Source: Fibrobacteria bacterium (GTDB taxonomy: Bacteria > Fibrobacterota > Fibrobacteria > UBA11236). From it: a stretch of 10,831 nucleotides of DNA. A program made the position numbers and the translations under genes. The stretch lies in contig JAYTHY010000083.1 of NCBI GenBank assembly GCA_043732185.1, positions 1-10,831 on the forward strand, given 5' to 3'. This document shows, piece by piece, positions 7,627-10,831 of the stretch (position 1 is its first letter; each line of letters starts with the position of its first letter). The notes under the pieces were generated by a model. That model was not told the origin of the DNA, searched no databases, and saw only the letters and a program-made list of their open reading frames with translations.

Positions 7627-7710
7627 AACCTTCGATTAGTGTCCGTTGCGCGGGTAATAACGGCCTAATCTCTAACGGCGGCTCCGTAAGGAGCCGCCGT
7701 CCTCTTTTCT
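7627..7710 (+). ncRNA. Candidate small RNA (two-hairpin structure; boundaries approximate)
   Basis: Preceded by GCTATATT (7613-7620). Hairpin GATTAG/CTAATC plus CCGTT/AACGG (7634-7670), followed by a terminator hairpin. It lies between convergent genes, and no known family was recognised. Confidence 0.35.
7675..7710 (+). terminator. Intrinsic terminator hairpin (possibly bidirectional)
   Basis: Perfect 11-bp stem ACGGCGGCTCC / GGAGCCGCCGT with a GTAA (GNRA) loop, followed by CCTCTTTTCT. Confidence 0.8.
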
Positions 7711-7756
7711 AGACTTTCCCATTCCTCCCTGGCCAGATGGTGAGGATCCTGAGCAT

Positions 7757-8461
7757 TTACCGGTTCTTTTTGATCAATCGCTCAAAATATTCAAAGGAGC
7801 GGTCTTCAGCCAAACGGCCATTTGCAAACAAGGTCGGTGTGCCTTCCACACCCAATTGCCGCCCCAGGGCAATATCTGTTTCAAGTATGGCGTTCACCTC
7901 AGGAGTCAATACCATGTCTTTTTTAAATTGGACAAGATCCAATTTAAGTTCTTTGGCAACGGCAAGATAGAGAGAATCATTCAAATTGCGGAATTGAGGT
8001 GCTACTCGATACCGAAAGTCAAAGAATTTCCCCTGCTTTCCTGCCGCCAGGGCTGCTGCGGCAGCCGGACGCGATTGAGGATGAAAACTAAGCGGAAAAT
8101 TTTTGAATACGATACGCACGTCATTAGGATAGACTCTCACCAGTGAATCCAAAATGGGTGCAGATTGCGCGCAGTACGGACATTGCAAATCAGAGAATTC
8201 AACTATAGTCAGGGCGGCTTTTTCCTGACCTTGGAAATAAGAATTGCCCAGCGGAATTATTTTTGGAGTGGTGTCCGCGGGTGGTTTCCAGCCCATGCGC
8301 AAAGCCATGAAATCATGTTTTTCATGCATGGCGGTCAATATTTTCAAAATAGAATCCTGTTTGGCCTCAACCCTGCTAAGCCGATTGTCCACCCCCGGTG
8401 AGGAGCAGTTCGACATGAGCATGGAAATAGGAAGGAGAAACAGCTTTAAAAGTCGAAACAT
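7757..8461 (-). CDS. DsbA-family thioredoxin-fold thiol:disulfide oxidoreductase, probable lipoprotein
   Basis: IVEFSDLQCPYC active site, FKNFPL, and cis-Pro loop GVEGTPTLFANG. Signal peptide ending MSN-C. SD GGAG at 8470-8467. Confidence 0.92.
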   Translation of the reverse strand: MFRLLKLFLLPISMLMSNCSSPGVDNRLSRVEAKQDSILKILTAMHEKHDFMALRMGWKPPADTTPKIIPLGNSYFQGQEKAALTIVEFSDLQCPYCAQSAPILDSLVRVYPNDVRIVFKNFPLSFHPQSRPAAAAALAAGKQGKFFDFRYRVAPQFRNLNDSLYLAVAKELKLDLVQFKKDMVLTPEVNAILETDIALGRQLGVEGTPTLFANGRLAEDRSFEYFERLIKKNR

Positions 8462-8496
8462 GGGAACTCCTGGAATGGATTTAGCTATCGCTTCAA

Positions 8497-8502
8497 ATTA
8501 TA
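8497..8502 (-). promoter_or_regulatory. Putative -10 box for the DsbA-family gene
   Basis: Perfect TATAAT on the minus strand 35 nt upstream of the ATG. No clear -35. Confidence 0.45.
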
Positions 8503-8534
8503 AATCTTCTACTACTTAGCCTGCTTGTGCAAAA

Positions 8535-8543
8535 TGCTACTTT
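8535..8543 (+). promoter_or_regulatory. Putative extended -10 promoter (TG-C-TACTTT) of a leaderless transcript
   Basis: TGCTACTTT ends 6 nt before the ATG at 8550, and there is no SD upstream of that ATG. Confidence 0.45.
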
Positions 8544-8549
8544 TAAATC

Positions 8550-8882
8550 ATGCTTCGGCTTTTCCTCAACAGCCTTTCCAGCCTTGCGCTGCTTGCCAGC
8601 GGACTTTTACTTTGGCAATCTGATTTTTTCCCAGAAAAACTACCCCATGCTATCGGTGCGTGGCTTGCGGGCCTATTTGGCCTTTTCCACGAACCCTATA
8701 CCGCCATGATCCTCTATGGCCTGACGCTTTTAATAGTGATAGGCAGCTGGTTCATTACGGAAATTCTCTTAAGCCTGTTGTATTCGATAGTAGCAGCCGG
8801 TATGGCCTGGATATGCCTCTTAGGTTTCCTGTCCGTCCACTATCCCCCCATTTATCATTACATACAGACTTTAGCAAAATGA
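8550..8882 (+). CDS. Small integral membrane protein, unknown function (3-4 hydrophobic helices)
   Basis: 110 aa, strongly hydrophobic. The stop overlaps the next ATG (ATGA at 8879-8882). Confidence 0.75.
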   Translation: MLRLFLNSLSSLALLASGLLLWQSDFFPEKLPHAIGAWLAGLFGLFHEPYTAMILYGLTLLIVIGSWFITEILLSLLYSIVAAGMAWICLLGFLSVHYPPIYHYIQTLAK

Positions 8883-9223
8883 ATATTCAAATTTTTGGCC
8901 GACGCGACTGTTCGGACAGCCGTAAGGCGGAACGTTGGTTTAAAGAAAGAAAAATCCCTTTCCAATTCATCGACTTGAAAGAAAAAGGATTCAGCCCGCG
9001 TGAATTGGAATCCGTAGCTGGCCCTATAGGCTATGCCAACTTGCTCGACCGCGATTCCAAGCGCTTCAGAGAAAAAGGACTGGCATTCATGTCCCCTTCT
9101 CGCATTCCCAAAATCCTCATCGAAGATGCGCTGCTAATCAAAACTCCGGTGGTGAGAAATGGAGCCAGGGCTACTTTAGGCTTTTGTCCGGACACCTGGA
9201 AACAATGGTCGCAAGCTGATTGA
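8879..9223 (+). CDS. ArsC/Spx/MgsR (YffB-like) family protein, 114 aa
   Basis: MNIQIFGRRDCSDSRKAERWFKERKIPFQFIDL ... LLIKTPVVRNG...TLGF matches the family pattern. The real start is ATG 8879, not the track's 8660. Confidence 0.9.
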   Translation: MNIQIFGRRDCSDSRKAERWFKERKIPFQFIDLKEKGFSPRELESVAGPIGYANLLDRDSKRFREKGLAFMSPSRIPKILIEDALLIKTPVVRNGARATLGFCPDTWKQWSQAD

Positions 9224-9600
9224 TGGTTGCAAGCGCGATGAACCCATTAGTTCGGTATCCCCTGCTCTTGAGCATTTGCCTCCTTTTGCAATCCTGTTGC
9301 GCGCCCAATGCCTGTCGCTATGCCAAGTCCGGCTCCGCCGAACTGGAGAAGTCGATTGTGGAAATTGAGAAATACAAGGAACGGAACGGGAAATACCCAG
9401 TGACTTTGGACGATATTCACCAGGGATTTGCCGTGGCAGCCGAAGCGGGACTCCACTCAGCCTGCCCGGAATGCGGTCACCTTGAATATCAAACCGATGC
9501 CTATGGATATGAACTACAGTACCAATACAGCCATATGGGACCAAATTGGTGTGTGTATACTACCGATACCCAAAAGTGGTATTGTCGCGGTAACTATTGA
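9223..9600 (+). CDS. Cys-rich putative lipoprotein with a GspG/pilin-like helix motif
   Basis: TGATG overlap with the upstream stop (alternative ATG at 9238). Hydrophobic stretch plus lipobox LQS-C. IEKYKERNGKYPVTLDDI resembles the pseudopilin Y-x-x-D/R-x-G-x-YP-x-x-L motif. Confidence 0.75.
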   Translation: MVASAMNPLVRYPLLLSICLLLQSCCAPNACRYAKSGSAELEKSIVEIEKYKERNGKYPVTLDDIHQGFAVAAEAGLHSACPECGHLEYQTDAYGYELQYQYSHMGPNWCVYTTDTQKWYCRGNY

Positions 9601-9615
9601 TTCCCAAGGTGGTTT

Positions 9616-9645
9616 TTGACCGCTCTTCGGCGAAGTTTCTAAATT
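9616..9645 (+). promoter_or_regulatory. Putative htpG promoter
   Basis: TTGACC (9616-9621), 18-nt spacer, TAAATT (9640-9645). SD AAAGGAG at 9691-9697. Confidence 0.4.
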
Positions 9646-9702
9646 ATAGCCTCCCTAATATTCGGCCAGACCCCAATTTTAATGGGTAATAAAGGAGTAA
9701 TT

Positions 9703-10831
9703 ATGACAGCTGCGACTCAGGAAAAAATGGAATTTCAAACCGAGGTTAAACAACTTCTCAACCTCATGATCCATTCACTGTACAGCAATAAGGAAATTTT
9801 CCTCAGAGAATTGGTTTCCAATTCCTCCGATGCCATCGATAAGGCCCGTCACGAATCCTTAACCCAAATCGATGTGCTTGGAGAGGACAAATCCTTCCGC
9901 ATCAAGGTTTCCGTGGACAAGGACCAGAAAATCCTCCGCATTTCCGACAACGGCGTAGGCATGACCCGGCAAGAGCTAATTCAGAACATCGGCACCATCG
10001 CCAGTTCCGGTACCCGTAAATTCATGGAAAAATTGACTGGGGATCAAAAGAAGGATATGAGTTTGATCGGTCAATTCGGGGTTGGCTTTTACTCTGTCTT
10101 CATGGTTTCCGACAAGGTAATCCTGACCACCAAGCGCATGGGTTCGACCGAGCCTGCCATTCGCTGGGAATCGACCGGAGATGGGACCTTCACCATGGAG
10201 GAAATCGACCAAGCCGATCGCGGTACCGAATTGGAAATTCACATCAAGGAAGAGGATAAGGAGTTTCTGGAAGATTATCGCATCCGTTCCATCATCCGCA
10301 AATACAGCGAGTACATCACACACCCTATCCAGCTGCTTGATAAAGATGGCAAACCGGAAATCCTGAATGACAAAGCCCCAATCTGGCGCCGCTCCAAATC
10401 AGAGATCAAACCGGATCAGTACGAGGAATTCTTTAAACACCTTACCATGGATCAAGAGCCCCCGCTGACCTGGTCGCACAATCAAGTGGAAGGAGCAATG
10501 GAGTATACGACCTTGCTCTATATCCCCTCTAAAGCCCCCTTTGACCTGTACCATTCCGAAAAGGCCAATGGACTCAGCCTATATGTAAAACGGGTGTTCA
10601 TCATGAGCGATTGCAAAGAGCTCCTGCCCACCTACTTGCGTTTTGTGCGTGGCATCGTGGACTCGGAGGATCTGCCCCTCAACGTATCGCGCGAGATACT
10701 GCAGAAAAATGCCGTCATCCAGAAGATCAATAAAACCGCCACCACAAAAGTCTTGCAATTGCTGGAGACCATGGCCAAGGAGGATAAGGAGAAATACGCC
10801 AAGTTCTGGAAGGAATTTGGAAATGTTCTCA
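9703..10831 (+). CDS. htpG: Molecular chaperone HtpG (Hsp90), 5' part, truncated by the window end
   Basis: Manual translation gives MTAATQEKMEFQTEVKQLLNLMIHSLYSNKEIFLRELVSNSSDAIDK, ISDNGVGMT, NIGTIASSGT, IGQFGVGFYS, LYVKRVFI and RGIVDSEDLPLNVSREILQ. Strong SD. Absent from the track because there is no stop in the window. Confidence 0.98.
   Translation, partial: MTAATQEKMEFQTEVKQLLNLMIHSLYSNKEIFLRELVSNSSDAIDKARHESLTQIDVLGEDKSFRIKVSVDKDQKILRISDNGVGMTRQELIQNIGTIASSGTRKFMEKLTGDQKKDMSLIGQFGVGFYSVFMVSDKVILTTKRMGSTEPAIRWESTGDGTFTMEEIDQADRGTELEIHIKEEDKEFLEDYRIRSIIRKYSEYITHPIQLLDKDGKPEILNDKAPIWRRSKSEIKPDQYEEFFKHLTMDQEPPLTWSHNQVEGAMEYTTLLYIPSKAPFDLYHSEKANGLSLYVKRVFIMSDCKELLPTYLRFVRGIVDSEDLPLNVSREILQKNAVIQKINKTATTKVLQLLETMAKEDKEKYAKFWKEFGNVL

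Noticed and set aside
7672..7722. 16-aa minus-strand ORF (MGKSRKEDGGSLRSRR) preceded by GGAGG
   Set aside because: The SD is only 1 nt from the ATG, and the ORF runs through the terminator stem.
8660..8878. N-terminal extension of the ArsC-family ORF in the track
   Set aside because: It overlaps the membrane-protein gene out of frame. Family similarity starts at ATG 8879, which has an ATGA coupling overlap.
9463..9480. CPECGH as a c-type heme-binding site
   Set aside because: The spacing is CxxCxH, not CxxCH. Disulfide or metal binding is more plausible.
9976..10366. Track ORFs 9976-10323 (-) and 10181-10366 (+)
   Set aside because: Both lie within the clear htpG reading frame and are shadow ORFs.
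1..10831. CRISPR array, IS/transposase, prophage, tRNA/rRNA or a known anti-phage system
   Set aside because: No repeat-spacer periodicity, terminal inverted repeats, cloverleaf, or nuclease/NTPase defence motifs were seen. The kinase operon has envelope-signalling architecture and no obvious compositional shift.

Overview
Bacterial chromosomal window of roughly 50% GC by eye, with no mobile element, CRISPR array, rRNA or tRNA detected. It opens with the 3' end of a possible outer-membrane protein gene (+). Next is a tightly coupled minus-strand operon: an unassignable ~775-aa helical protein, a TPR lipoprotein, and a membrane-anchored Ser/Thr kinase with TPR-like and PEGA-like modules. Divergent from it are aroF (class I-beta DAHP synthase with ACT domain) and an overlapping DExD-box RNA helicase. 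A 226-bp gap between convergent genes follows, holding a promoter-like box, a hairpin and a terminator (candidate small RNA). Then come a DsbA-family lipoprotein (-), a coupled three-gene unit (small membrane protein, ArsC/Spx-family protein, Cys-rich lipoprotein), and the 5' part of htpG, which the ORF track missed. The best novelty candidates are the orphan-TPR-kinase trans-envelope module and the candidate sRNA at ~7627-7710. All assignments come from manual motif reading, with no database searches.
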